A stretch of DNA of 25,996 nucleotides from an uncultured delta proteobacterium (lineage in GTDB: Bacteria; Desulfobacterota; WTBG01). Under the pieces are notes generated by a model. It searched no databases, was not told the DNA's origin, and saw nothing but the letters and a program-made list of their open reading frames with translations. The stretch is taken from positions 1-25,996 of the forward strand of contig CAWCBP010000007.1 in the NCBI GenBank assembly GCA_963793865.1, in the 5' to 3' direction. The translations under genes were made by a program, and so were the position numbers. Of this stretch, positions 1 through 10,776 are shown piece after piece (the first letter of the stretch is position 1; each line of letters begins with the position of its first letter).

Positions 1-57
1 GCCTGCGCAGGCATGCATTGCCAAACCGGCTTATTTTAAAAGTTTTCCTGCGCGCCG

Positions 58-1930
<1,873 letters not shown>

Positions 1931-1980
1931 TAATATAATTTGATGTTGTAATCCCGTCAGTTTAAACGCAGGTCGCCTGA

Positions 1981-2724
1981 TTAACTCTGCAGACCCTCCA
2001 GCCTCGTGCGCACCTTCTCGAGATCTTCCGGTGTGTCCACGCCCGGGGCATCATAATCGGTGGTCACCAGCTTGATGCGGTACCCGTTTTCCAGTACCCG
2101 GAGCTGCTCCAGTCGCTCCTGCCCCTCCAGGGGAGTCGGTTCAAGACCCACCAGCCGCATCAGGAAGTCCTTCCGGTACACATAGATGCCGATATGCCGG
2201 AACCCCGGATTGTTTGTGTTTGCCTCTCCGCCGCCAAAGGGGCAGGGAATAGGAGAGCGGGAAAAGTAAAGGGCGAAGCCTCTGCAGTCGGTCACCACCT
2301 TGACAATGTTGGGATTCTCACGGTCCTCAGTACGCCTGATGGGGGTTTTGGCGGAGGCCATGTAAATGTCGGGATCATCCCTGACCGCACTCACCACCCG
2401 GTCGATCAGATCCGGATCCATGAGGGGCTCGTCTCCCTGAAGGTTTACCACGATATCGCAGGGCAGGTGATCGGCCACCTCGGCGACGCGGTCTGTCCCG
2501 CTGCGATGACGGGGTGAGGTAAGCTCGGCCAGTCCTCCGAAGAGGGTTACCGCCTCCACTATCCGCAGGTCATCGGTGGCCACAACAACCCGGTCGACCA
2601 GTTTTGCCCGCGCCGCCGCCTCGTAGACCCGCTGGATCATGGGTTTGCCGGCAATGTCCACCAGGGGTTTCCCCGGGAGCCGGGTCGATGCGTAGCGGGA
2701 TGGAATGATGGCGACCGTTTGCAT
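1981..2724 (-). CDS. kdsB: 3-deoxy-manno-octulosonate cytidylyltransferase (CMP-Kdo synthetase)
   Basis: IIPSRYASTRLPGKPL, SGTDR, VNLQGDEP, ALYFSRSPIP, HIGIYVY, ERLEQLRVLENG and GVDTPEDL motifs; adjacent to pyrG. Alternative GTG start at 2730. Confidence 0.96.
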   Translation of the reverse strand: MQTVAIIPSRYASTRLPGKPLVDIAGKPMIQRVYEAAARAKLVDRVVVATDDLRIVEAVTLFGGLAELTSPRHRSGTDRVAEVADHLPCDIVVNLQGDEPLMDPDLIDRVVSAVRDDPDIYMASAKTPIRRTEDRENPNIVKVVTDCRGFALYFSRSPIPCPFGGGEANTNNPGFRHIGIYVYRKDFLMRLVGLEPTPLEGQERLEQLRVLENGYRIKLVTTDYDAPGVDTPEDLEKVRTRLEGLQS

Positions 2725-2745
2725 GAGCACCGGTGTGAAAAGCTC

Positions 2746-4032
2746 CTACCTCAGTTTCCGCCGTATCAGGGGAACAATTACCATGCCCAGGGTTACAAAG
2801 GCCAGCGCAAACCAGCCTAAATAAGGCGGCAGGTAAAACGAGAGCAGCAGAGAGTGAATCAGCCGCTTGAATATATTGCCCGAGGGCACGGCATTCCGGG
2901 TGACCAGGGCAACCTTTTTCAGGGTTTTCCCCTTCAGGGAAATCACCCCCTCGCCCATGGTTTGCCCCTCCGAGACCGGGGCGTAAATGCGCTCGGGAAT
3001 GGTCTTGGTGAAGCTGAGCTGCGGCGCGTCACCGGCCGCGACGGTAATGATGCCGGGCTCCCTGGCAATAAGGGCAACCCGGTCCTCTGTTCCCTTCCAC
3101 ACGCGTATGACGGCGAGCGGCTCCTGCGCCTTAAAGACCGTCGCGGTGGAAAAGTTTTTGAAACCGAAATTGAGCAGCTTCAGCGCCTCGCTTTCCCGGG
3201 TGGAGCGGTTTTTGGCGCCCATCACCACGGAGATGAACCGCTGGCCGTTCCTCAGTGCCGTGGCCACCAGGTGAAAGCCTTCGTCGTCGCTGATCCATCC
3301 CGTCTTAAGGCCGTCAACACCTTCATTGAGCAGCAGCAGGCCGTTCCGGTTGTGCTGGGTGATTCCACTGAAGGTAAAGGTGGTGATGGAATGGATGGGC
3401 AGGGCCTCCGGGTGATCCGCCAGGTAGTGATAGGCGAGCGTGGCAATATCGGCGGCAGTGCTGTATTGATCCTCCGCCGGCAGGCCGCTCACATTGACAA
3501 AATTGGTATTATTCATCCCCAGCTGTCCGGCCTTTTCGTTCATTTTGGGCACAAAGGCCTCTTCCATTCCCGCTATGTGTTCGGCCACGGCGATGCAGGC
3601 GTCATTTCCCGAGACCGATGCAATGCCCTGCAGCAGAGTCAGCAGCTCAACCCGACTTCCCACCTGTACAAACATTTTTGAGCCCTGGGTTGCCCAGGCC
3701 TTTTTGCTGATGAGCACCCCGTCATCTATTTTAACCAGGCCCATTTTTATGGCATCGTAAGCGATGTACAGGGTCATGAGTTTGACGAGACTTGCCGGCG
3801 CCAGCTTTTCCCCGGCATTCTGTTCGAACAGTGTCTGACCCGAGAGGGCATCAAGAAGGACGGCAGAGGTTGCATCAACGGTGAACTGCGGGAGCGCAGC
3901 CCCGGTTGCCTGAACGGCTGGGGCCTGCCCGGTTACGGCCGGAACAGCGAGGGCCTGTGAGCCGCCGCAGAAACCGGCGCACCAGAGAAGCAAAGCCAGT
4001 GTGATGATTTTTTTTGCTGCCTGTTTGTTCAT
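2746..4032 (-). CDS. dacA: D-alanyl-D-alanine carboxypeptidase (PBP5/6, peptidase S11)
   Basis: Signal peptide, SxxK (PASLVK), SGN and KTG motifs, PBP5 C-terminal domain and a C-terminal membrane anchor. Confidence 0.92.
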   Translation of the reverse strand: MNKQAAKKIITLALLLWCAGFCGGSQALAVPAVTGQAPAVQATGAALPQFTVDATSAVLLDALSGQTLFEQNAGEKLAPASLVKLMTLYIAYDAIKMGLVKIDDGVLISKKAWATQGSKMFVQVGSRVELLTLLQGIASVSGNDACIAVAEHIAGMEEAFVPKMNEKAGQLGMNNTNFVNVSGLPAEDQYSTAADIATLAYHYLADHPEALPIHSITTFTFSGITQHNRNGLLLLNEGVDGLKTGWISDDEGFHLVATALRNGQRFISVVMGAKNRSTRESEALKLLNFGFKNFSTATVFKAQEPLAVIRVWKGTEDRVALIAREPGIITVAAGDAPQLSFTKTIPERIYAPVSEGQTMGEGVISLKGKTLKKVALVTRNAVPSGNIFKRLIHSLLLSFYLPPYLGWFALAFVTLGMVIVPLIRRKLR

Positions 4033-4118
4033 CGTTTCCCTTTCTTCGATTCCTGTTCAGGATTGCCCGCACCGGTCTTCCATCCGGTGTCATGCTCATC
4101 TCCGCAAAATTGCGCATT

Positions 4119-4146
4119 ATTCTATAAGACAAATTATGTTAGTCAA
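4119..4146 (-). promoter_or_regulatory. Putative sigma70 promoter for dacA-kdsB-pyrG
   Basis: The minus strand reads TTGACT-N16-TAGAAT. Confidence 0.55.
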
Positions 4147-4215
4147 GCAAAAAGGTTTTTTGCCGCCGTCATGACCGCGCGTCACATGTATCCTTTTCAA
4201 TCGGGGGAAAAGTGA

Positions 4216-4244
4216 TTGACAGCCCGCAGGGCGGATGATACAAG
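4216..4244 (+). promoter_or_regulatory. Putative sigma70 promoter for the TolC-family gene
   Basis: TTGACA-N17-TACAAG with an extended -10 TG at 4236-4237. Confidence 0.55.
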
Positions 4245-4301
4245 TTGAGCCCTATGAAGACATACACGGTACCGCTTATCACCTGTTAAGCGTTGCAGAA
4301 T

Positions 4302-4334
4302 GACCCAGGGAGAGGTGCCCGAGGGTTTTTTTTT
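4302..4334 (+). terminator. Terminator-like hairpin in the leader (possible attenuator)
   Basis: GACCC-A-GGG-loop-CCC-GA-GGGTT running into a T9 tract; follows an 11-codon mini-ORF at 4254-4289. Confidence 0.45.
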
Positions 4335-4336
4335 AG

Positions 4337-4481
4337 CAGGCTGGTGAAAACACCCATCTGCTGCGTTACGCTCATCCTTCGTCATTGCAGCGTAGGAGGC
4401 ATGTACGCCTCATTCCTCAGGATTTCGCGTGCCTTGCATCTGGATGTTTTTGAACAGCCTGAACACTTTTTCAATCACCTG
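4337..4481. mobile_element. 145-bp MITE-like element with TTAG target-site duplication
   Basis: Left end CAGGCTGGTGAAAA; right end TTTTTCAATCACCTG plus an inner copy TTTTGAACAGCCTG. Flanked by TTAG at 4333-4336 and 4482-4485. Confidence 0.7.
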
Positions 4482-4509
4482 TTAGCACACGCCTGGCAAG
4501 GAGGCATCC

Positions 4510-6075
4510 ATGATGTACATTGGGAAGAGTCTGATGGTCACGAGAGAGACCCTCTGCCGGAAGGCACGGGCTCTGATGACACTGGCATTGCTGATTTCCG
4601 CGGCATCCCTCGGCGCAGGGGCCGCTTCTTTTTCTCATGCCGCGGACGCATCCGGCGGGGAGGAGGCCACGGCGCTGTCCCTGAAGGGGTGCATCGAACT
4701 CATGCTTGCCAACAACCTCGATTTGAAGGTTGAGCAGTACAACCCGGACATGCAGGAAAAGGAAATTGTAAAGGAAAAGGCCGCCTTCGATCCCCTGGCC
4801 CGTTTTTCATTTCGGGACGAGAAATGGATGATTTCTCCCACCACCCTGCTCAATGGCGTGCTGAGGAATAAAAGCTACGAGCAGGAAACCATCAATTATG
4901 ATGCCGGGCTTTCCAAGCGGTTTCTGACCGGGGGAGTGGGCGACGTCAGCTTTACCACCGATAAATACAGAACCAATTCCCTCTGGCAATATGAAAGTCC
5001 CACCTACTTTTCCCAGGTGGTATTTTCCCTCAATCAGCCGCTGCTGAGAAATTTCGGCATTGATCTCAACCGTTCAAGAATTCGCATTTCCACCAACAAC
5101 AAGGAAATTTCCAGGACGCAGCTCGAGGACCGGACGTCAAAAATGGTCGCCCAACTCCAGCAGCTCTATTGGAACCTCTATCTCGGCCGGCAGGTGCTGC
5201 AGGTCAAAAAAGGGTCCCTGCAGCTGGCTCAGGATCTTATGAAAAGAAACGAGGCGCTGGTGGAAGTGGGCAAGCTGCCGGCCATTGAGATCCTTCGGGC
5301 CAAAACCGGTGTGGCCTCGCGGGAGGAGGCGGTCATCGTGGCGGACAACGCCGTCCGTGACCTGGAAGATCTATTGAGCGAGCGGCTTAATGCTCCGCTT
5401 CGTGACCGGTCTGTGATCCTGACGGATAAACCCGTTCTCAGGGAATTTCAAAAGCGGGAAGTGAGTGACTACCTCGGCATTGCCCTGGAGAAGCGCCCTG
5501 AATGCGAGCAGGCGAGGATGCAGCTTGAAAATCTGAAGATCGCCCATGCCGGGGCGAAAAATGCCATGCTTCCGCTCTTTGATGTGCAGGCCAGTTATGG
5601 CATTAACGCGACCAACCCTCATTATGACAGAAGCATTCATGGAATGGATGCGGGTGGCGATTATTCCTGGCTGGTGGGGTTCAAAATGGAGATACCGCTG
5701 GGGAACCGCTGGGCCAAGAATAATTATGACAAGAGTTCCCTGGAGCTGAAAAAGGCGGAAACGGCGCTTGCCAGCCTGCATAACAAGATTGAGCTTGAAA
5801 TAAACGAGGCCATCAGGCAGATTGAGACCAATCAGCAGCGGATAAGCGCCACCGGGGAGGCGCGCCGGCTGAGTGAAACCAGCCTCCAGGCCGAAGAAGA
5901 GCGTATGGCGCTGGGCATGTCCACCAGCGTAGACGTGCTGCGGGTGCAGGAAGAGCTGGCGGCGGCACAGGCGGGCGAGACCAAGGCCCTGATTGACTAC
6001 ATCAACTCGCTCGACAGCCTTGACGCGGCTACAGGGACGCTTCTGGAAAACTGCCGGATTACGGTCGGGGATTGA
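4510..6075 (+). CDS. TolC-family outer membrane efflux protein
   Basis: GGAGG RBS, signal peptide, LSLKGCIELMLANNLDL start, QPLLRNFG, LYWNL, and two OEP repeats ending with GMSTSVDVLRVQEEL...ATGTLL. Confidence 0.9.
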   Translation: MMYIGKSLMVTRETLCRKARALMTLALLISAASLGAGAASFSHAADASGGEEATALSLKGCIELMLANNLDLKVEQYNPDMQEKEIVKEKAAFDPLARFSFRDEKWMISPTTLLNGVLRNKSYEQETINYDAGLSKRFLTGGVGDVSFTTDKYRTNSLWQYESPTYFSQVVFSLNQPLLRNFGIDLNRSRIRISTNNKEISRTQLEDRTSKMVAQLQQLYWNLYLGRQVLQVKKGSLQLAQDLMKRNEALVEVGKLPAIEILRAKTGVASREEAVIVADNAVRDLEDLLSERLNAPLRDRSVILTDKPVLREFQKREVSDYLGIALEKRPECEQARMQLENLKIAHAGAKNAMLPLFDVQASYGINATNPHYDRSIHGMDAGGDYSWLVGFKMEIPLGNRWAKNNYDKSSLELKKAETALASLHNKIELEINEAIRQIETNQQRISATGEARRLSETSLQAEEERMALGMSTSVDVLRVQEELAAAQAGETKALIDYINSLDSLDAATGTLLENCRITVGD

Positions 6076-6148
6076 CCGGAAAATGAATAATGATACGTTA
6101 CCCCATTTCCCATGATGCCGGCCGCGGCTGCCGGCGGAAGGAGTGCCT

Positions 6149-6757
6149 ATGCGGGTTGGAATAGCGATGTGCAGCGCCCTTTTGTTTCTCGCCCTCGGCT
6201 GTGCCCACAGGGTGGAGATGATCGATCTGCCCCCGGGCACCGGGGACTTCCTGCCGTCCGAGGTGGGCATCCGGGTGCCTGCCATTCTCGAGAAGCTTGA
6301 TCTCAGGATAAACGGAAGCAGCATCGAGCCCCCTGAAGAGTTCAGGCGGCTGATTGTTCAAAAGCTGCAGCGTACCTATGTGTTTCAGGAGGTTGCCGCC
6401 CTTGCCGATTCCGGCACAATCAGGGACAGGGAAAAGGCAGTCAACCTGGAGGTGTCCATAAACGGGGCGCTTGAAACCAGGGAGCTTGGCAATCTGTTTC
6501 GCTCTCTCCTCTTTTTCCTCTCCTCCGAACTGCCCAATAAAGACAAGTTTGATGTCACCATACTGTTGAAAGCGGTGCGCTCTGACAAAGCGGAGCGACG
6601 CTACCGTTCCCGCATCCAGGGGATTGCTTACTACCGTTTTTTCGCGGGTGAGCAGGCGAAACGGGAGGCGCAGGATCAGGTGCTGAGCAGGGGACTGAAT
6701 GACCTCATGCGACAGCTGATGCGGGATGTCGATTTTTTTGCCGGGAAAACGCGCTAG
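6149..6757 (+). CDS. Hypothetical lipoprotein
   Basis: AAGGAG RBS before ATG 6149; hydrophobic signal with lipobox LALG-C; 202-codon ORF downstream of the TolC gene. Confidence 0.7.
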   Translation: MRVGIAMCSALLFLALGCAHRVEMIDLPPGTGDFLPSEVGIRVPAILEKLDLRINGSSIEPPEEFRRLIVQKLQRTYVFQEVAALADSGTIRDREKAVNLEVSINGALETRELGNLFRSLLFFLSSELPNKDKFDVTILLKAVRSDKAERRYRSRIQGIAYYRFFAGEQAKREAQDQVLSRGLNDLMRQLMRDVDFFAGKTR

Positions 6758-7106
6758 CTCATTTTCCCTGCCGGATCCTCCCTCCTCAGTGCCGACATAG
6801 CGCATCCTGTTCCTGAAATCAGCTGCTCATCGCCCATTCCTGCAGATTCTTGAGTACATCAGGTATATTAATTTATAATAGAGAGGGCTTAAAAATTTCA
6901 CTCCGGCTCGAGGTCTTGCCCTTACCCTCGGGCCCATCGGCTTTCTATAGCCATGTCTCAGGTTGAAGAGACGGCAAATGGCTGAATCGGACCATTTGCA
7001 ACCCGCGTTACGCCTATGAGTATGCGAAAGCAGTTACACATCTAATGTGCTGTTAAGAAATAGGTTTTTATGAAGCGGCCTCTGTATCACCCGGCATGAA
7101 TTTCTT

Positions 7107-7123
7107 TTGGCATATTATTTGCT
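7107..7123 (+). promoter_or_regulatory. Putative sigma54 (-24/-12) promoter
   Basis: TTGGCATATTATTTGCT has GG-N10-GC spacing and matches YTGGCA...TTGCW, in an AT-rich intergenic region. Confidence 0.65.
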
Positions 7124-7307
7124 CATTCTTTTTACCAATGCAGTCGAACAGTATCATTAAAAAAGGATGAGGAGGTGATTAACTGTCGCTCAAGCAGTGT
7201 GATCCCTGAAGCCAATTTTCAGGGTTGTATGGTTCATGCCCCGTTTCGCTCATGAAACAGTGCACGATCTTCTAAACAGAGGCGCTAACTAACACAGGAG
7301 GCAAAGA

Positions 7308-7784
7308 ATGAATCAGAGCAAAAAAACCGGTATGGCTTTATGTTGTGTGCTAACCCTTTTCCTGTGCTGTTCTGTCAATGCTGCTCAGGCGGCGCGAATT
7401 GACGGGATAACCCCCGATGCGGGCTACGAGTTTGCAATCGTTCTGCAGGGACAATCCACGGGCAGCATCAGCACCACTGCTTCAACACCGTTTGATATGT
7501 TAAATGTGGCTCTGGTATCGATCGGCAACAGCGCGCTTTCCGCGAACTTGAATATGACTTCAAGCCAGCTCGGCATGTGGTGGATTTCCATGGTAAGCGT
7601 TGGCCGGCAGGTGGATGTTGATTTTGTTTACGGATTTGCTCCGATGGGAGGGTCTCCCGCCCAGGTGGCGGTTGATCCGATCTTTGGATTTGCGTGGGTT
7701 ACCGGGGGGATTATCTCCGCTGTCCCGGTTTCGGCAGAAGAGCCGCTTGAATACAGTATTATTGTAACAGGACAGGCACAATAG
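7308..7784 (+). CDS. Hypothetical secreted protein
   Basis: AGGAGG RBS; Sec signal peptide ending AQA-A; beta-rich-looking mature region; no family recognised. Confidence 0.75.
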   Translation: MNQSKKTGMALCCVLTLFLCCSVNAAQAARIDGITPDAGYEFAIVLQGQSTGSISTTASTPFDMLNVALVSIGNSALSANLNMTSSQLGMWWISMVSVGRQVDVDFVYGFAPMGGSPAQVAVDPIFGFAWVTGGIISAVPVSAEEPLEYSIIVTGQAQ

Positions 7785-7872
7785 GTTATTTTACTTGCAC
7801 CGGTTACTATGACCATGTCCTGCCCGGGATGTCAAAAAGGAAATACCCGCCATAAACAGAGAGAAGGAGAGA

Positions 7873-7922
7873 CTGATGGCCATTTTATACCCCCCTCCAT
7901 GGCCATCAGCCCTCTCTCTTTG
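7873..7922. terminator. Stem-loop between convergent transcription units
   Basis: Perfect 11-bp stem CTGATGGCCAT (7873-7883) / ATGGCCATCAG (7899-7909), flanked by AG-rich and CT-rich tracts. Confidence 0.4.
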
Positions 7923-7951
7923 TGGTTTTAAACTCAAATTATAGTTATGTG

Positions 7952-7976
7952 GCCCCCTCCCATGGGCCACCAAGCC
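7952..7976. repeat. Solo copy of the terminal repeat of the 1709-1930 element
   Basis: GCCCCCTCCCATGGGCCACCAAGCC is the exact reverse complement of 1704-1728 (25 bp). Confidence 0.8.
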
Positions 7977-8117
7977 TGGATCACATCGTGGGTTTCGTCA
8001 TTAGCATTGAGGCGTAAAGATGACGTCCGGTACGATCAAGAGATGGTTGGGCATGGATGAAGCAATGGCTATTATTTTATGCAGGCTTCTGTGCGTGTTT
8101 TTCTGTCTTTCATTCTG

Positions 8118-8391
8118 GCTTGTTGTCTATAAATTGATTGCAAAAGCATTTTCGTGAAAGACAGTGCGTCCCTCTGACGGCCTGCAATGTCCCCCACAAG
8201 TTTCGCCGTATTACTTTACTTTCTCCAGGGCCACCTTGGTCACGTCCCGCTCTTGAACTCCGGTGTTTATCTTTACCGCATCGACACTGATCAATGTTTT
8301 CTTGTTATCCCGCACATTTTCCGCCTCTGCCTCTTTCCAAAACCAGCGTCCTGCTACCTGCTGCCAGGTGATGGTCAGAACCTTGAGGAGC
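8118..8391. repeat. Diverged direct repeat, copy 1 (pairs with 14131-14404)
   Basis: Gap-free alignment at a constant offset of 6013 bp; the terminal 37 bp (8355-8391) are identical to 14368-14404. Confidence 0.9.
8211..8391 (-). pseudogene. 3' fragment of a LolA-like (lipoprotein-sorting family) gene
   Basis: Translates LLKVLTITWQQVAGRWFWKEAEAENVRDNKKTLISVDAVKINTGVQERDVTKVALEKVK*, 46/59 identical to the C-terminus of the 14224-15031 protein. No in-frame start; an in-frame stop lies just upstream. Confidence 0.8.
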
Positions 8392-8426
8392 TTTTTTATA
8401 GTATCTCATAGGTATGACGCACCGCA

Positions 8427-9434
8427 TTAACAAATCCTGGGAAGATCTTCGGCGACGAGCATATCGATCATCCGCGATCCCCCCACCCGGGTTTCCATGA
8501 TTACTGTACCGGCAGGCTTTTCCGCTGTTTCCCCGATGATGCAGGCGTCAGTGCCAAGCGGGTTTTTTTTCATCGCTGCAAGAACCGCTTCAGCATGCTC
8601 CGCCGCAACAAAAGCAACCAGCTTCCCTTCATTCGGCAGGTAGAGGGGGTCCAGGCCGAGGATTTCACAAACGCCGCGTACTTCCTCCCTGACGGGAAGG
8701 GAATCTTCATAAATAGTAATTCCGGTTCCCGACTGCCGGGCGATTTCGTTAAGGAGGGTGCCCAGTCCGCCCCGGGTTGGATCGCGCATGGCCTTGATGG
8801 CGTGCGCGTGGGGCAGGAGATCGTTGACCAACAGGTTGAGGGGTGCGCAGTCACTGGTTATGGAGGTTTCAAATTCTATACCCTTGCGTGACGAGAGAAT
8901 GGCAATGCCGTGGTCCCCAAGATATCCGGAGAGGATGATTGCATCTCCTGCCCGGACCTTATGTGGCCCGAAATCCATCCCCCTGCTGATGATGCCTATT
9001 CCCGAGGTATTGATGAAGAGTTTGTCGCAGGCTCCCTTTTCCACCACCTTGGTATCGGCGGTTACGATTCTCACACCGGCTTCCGCGGCAGCAGCGCTCA
9101 GGGATGAGGCTATTGTGCCCATTTCCGCCAGGGAGAACCCCTCTTCAATGATGAATCCAGCGCTTAAATAGAGAGGAATGGCGCCCCCGACCGCAAGATC
9201 GTTAACCGTTCCGCAGACCGCAAGCTTGCCTATGTCCCCGCCCGGGAAGACCAGCGGATGCACCACAAATGAATCGGTAGTAAAGGCTATGCGGCAGCCC
9301 TCCACGTCAACGATTGCCTGATCATTCAGTTGATGCAGGACAGGATCCTTAAGGTAAGGAAGAAAGCAGCTCTGGATGAGCCGTGAGGTAAATTTCCCTC
9401 CGTTGCCATGAGCCAGAAGAATGTAATCGTCCAT
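8427..9434 (-). CDS. hypE: Hydrogenase maturation carbamoyl dehydratase HypE
   Basis: LAHGNGG, FTTDSFVV, GTVNDLAV, MRDPTRGG and C-terminal PRIC. Confidence 0.97.
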   Translation of the reverse strand: MDDYILLAHGNGGKFTSRLIQSCFLPYLKDPVLHQLNDQAIVDVEGCRIAFTTDSFVVHPLVFPGGDIGKLAVCGTVNDLAVGGAIPLYLSAGFIIEEGFSLAEMGTIASSLSAAAAEAGVRIVTADTKVVEKGACDKLFINTSGIGIISRGMDFGPHKVRAGDAIILSGYLGDHGIAILSSRKGIEFETSITSDCAPLNLLVNDLLPHAHAIKAMRDPTRGGLGTLLNEIARQSGTGITIYEDSLPVREEVRGVCEILGLDPLYLPNEGKLVAFVAAEHAEAVLAAMKKNPLGTDACIIGETAEKPAGTVIMETRVGGSRMIDMLVAEDLPRIC

Positions 9435-9452
9435 AGCGGTGTCCGTTTGAGA

Positions 9453-10562
9453 TTATTCTCGTGAAGTCCGTTGATCGTATTTATAATAGGAGGCGCAGGT
9501 TCCTTCGGATGATACCATGCAGGCCCCTGCCGGTTCCTCAGGGGTACATGTCTTCGCAAAGAGAGGGCATTGGGGCGGTGTGATAATTCCTTTCAGCACC
9601 TGGCCGCATTGGCATGCCGTGGGATCGGGGACATCCGGTACGGTGAGGCTGAACTTTTTAATCGCATCATAGCGGGAAAACTCATCCTTAAGTGTGAGCC
9701 CGCTCTGCGGGATGACACCGAAACCCCGCCACCGCGCATCGGTGACCGCAAATACGCGGCTGAGCAGACCTAATGCCTTGGCGTTGCCCCCGGCCTGAAC
9801 CACCCTGCTGTATTCGATCTCTATCCGGGGAGTGCCTTTCTGAATCTGGAGCATGAGCCGGTAGGTGGAAAGGATGATGTCAAGCGGTTCAAACCCGCTG
9901 ACAACACATCCCTTGCGGTAGCGCTCAACAATGTGTTGATATGGTTTAATGCCAATGATTGCTGAAACGTGACCGGGACAGAGAAAGCCGTCAATGGCGG
10001 TGGTCTGATCTTCAAGGAGGAGGTGCATGGCGGGGGGAATAAGCTTATGGTTGCTGATAATGGAAAAGTTGTTGATGTTTGACTGCTGTGCCTTGAGCAC
10101 CGTCGCGGCGATGGTTGGTGAGGTTGTTTCAAAACCAACCGCAAGGAAAACCACTTCCGCATCAGGGTTCTCTGCCGCTATGGTCAAGGTGTCTGCGGGT
10201 GAGTAGACGATGCGCACATCAGCTCCCCTGGCCTTTTCTTTCATGAGCGAGGAGTCGGAGCCGGGAACGCGCATCATGTCCCCGAAGGTTGCAATAATGT
10301 ATTTTTCATGACCCCTGCCTTCCCGGGCAAGCATAATCACCAGGTCAATATCGCCCTGTGAAGTCACGCATACCGGGCAGCCCGGCCCCGAGATGAGCCT
10401 GATGTGGGAAGGCAAGAGACTCCGCAGGCCGAACTTGGAAATGGAGACGGTGTGCGTTCCGCATACCTCCATTATGGAAAGCGGGCTGGAAGGAAGAGAT
10501 TCTATCTTGGAAAGTATGGCCTGAAGCGGCTCCTTTGCCCTGAATGCATCAAGGTGTTTCAT
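9453..10562 (-). CDS. hypD: Hydrogenase maturation protein HypD
   Basis: CGTH, GPGCPVC, GFETT, PGHVS and C-terminal Fe-S cysteines (GACMVSSEGTC). Start reassigned to ATG 10562, overlapping the end of hypC. Confidence 0.96.
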   Translation of the reverse strand: MKHLDAFRAKEPLQAILSKIESLPSSPLSIMEVCGTHTVSISKFGLRSLLPSHIRLISGPGCPVCVTSQGDIDLVIMLAREGRGHEKYIIATFGDMMRVPGSDSSLMKEKARGADVRIVYSPADTLTIAAENPDAEVVFLAVGFETTSPTIAATVLKAQQSNINNFSIISNHKLIPPAMHLLLEDQTTAIDGFLCPGHVSAIIGIKPYQHIVERYRKGCVVSGFEPLDIILSTYRLMLQIQKGTPRIEIEYSRVVQAGGNAKALGLLSRVFAVTDARWRGFGVIPQSGLTLKDEFSRYDAIKKFSLTVPDVPDPTACQCGQVLKGIITPPQCPLFAKTCTPEEPAGACMVSSEGTCASYYKYDQRTSRE

Positions 10563-10770
10563 CAGCAATTTCCCTGAAGATCGCAAGGGTTTTTTCCGCT
10601 TCCTCCCGGTCAAGCTTTTCAATGGCAAAGCCCGCATGCACCAGTACATAATCACCCGCGCTGACCTCTTCCAGGAGGTCAAGATGTACCTCGCAGGTTG
10701 CATTGCCGTAGCGCGCCAGGGCGATGTCACCTCGTATCTCTACTACTTCCAGGGGAACGGCTATGCACAT
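10549..10770 (-). CDS. hypC: Hydrogenase maturation chaperone HypC
   Basis: MCIAVP N-terminus and GDYVLVHAGFAI. Confidence 0.96.
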   Translation of the reverse strand: MCIAVPLEVVEIRGDIALARYGNATCEVHLDLLEEVSAGDYVLVHAGFAIEKLDREEAEKTLAIFREIADETP

Positions 10771-10776
10771 GGTTTT

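Noticed and set aside
5371..6805. Long minus-strand ORFs (317 aa and 235 aa) opposite the TolC and lipoprotein genes
   Set aside because: Antisense shadows of well-supported plus-strand genes, with no recognisable motifs.
7891..7912. Second degenerate copy of the 1709-element end
   Set aside because: The resemblance is short and is explained by the local 11-bp hairpin arm.
10563..10730. N-terminal extension of HypD in the ORF track
   Set aside because: It overlaps hypC in another frame; HypD-like sequence starts at ATG 10562.
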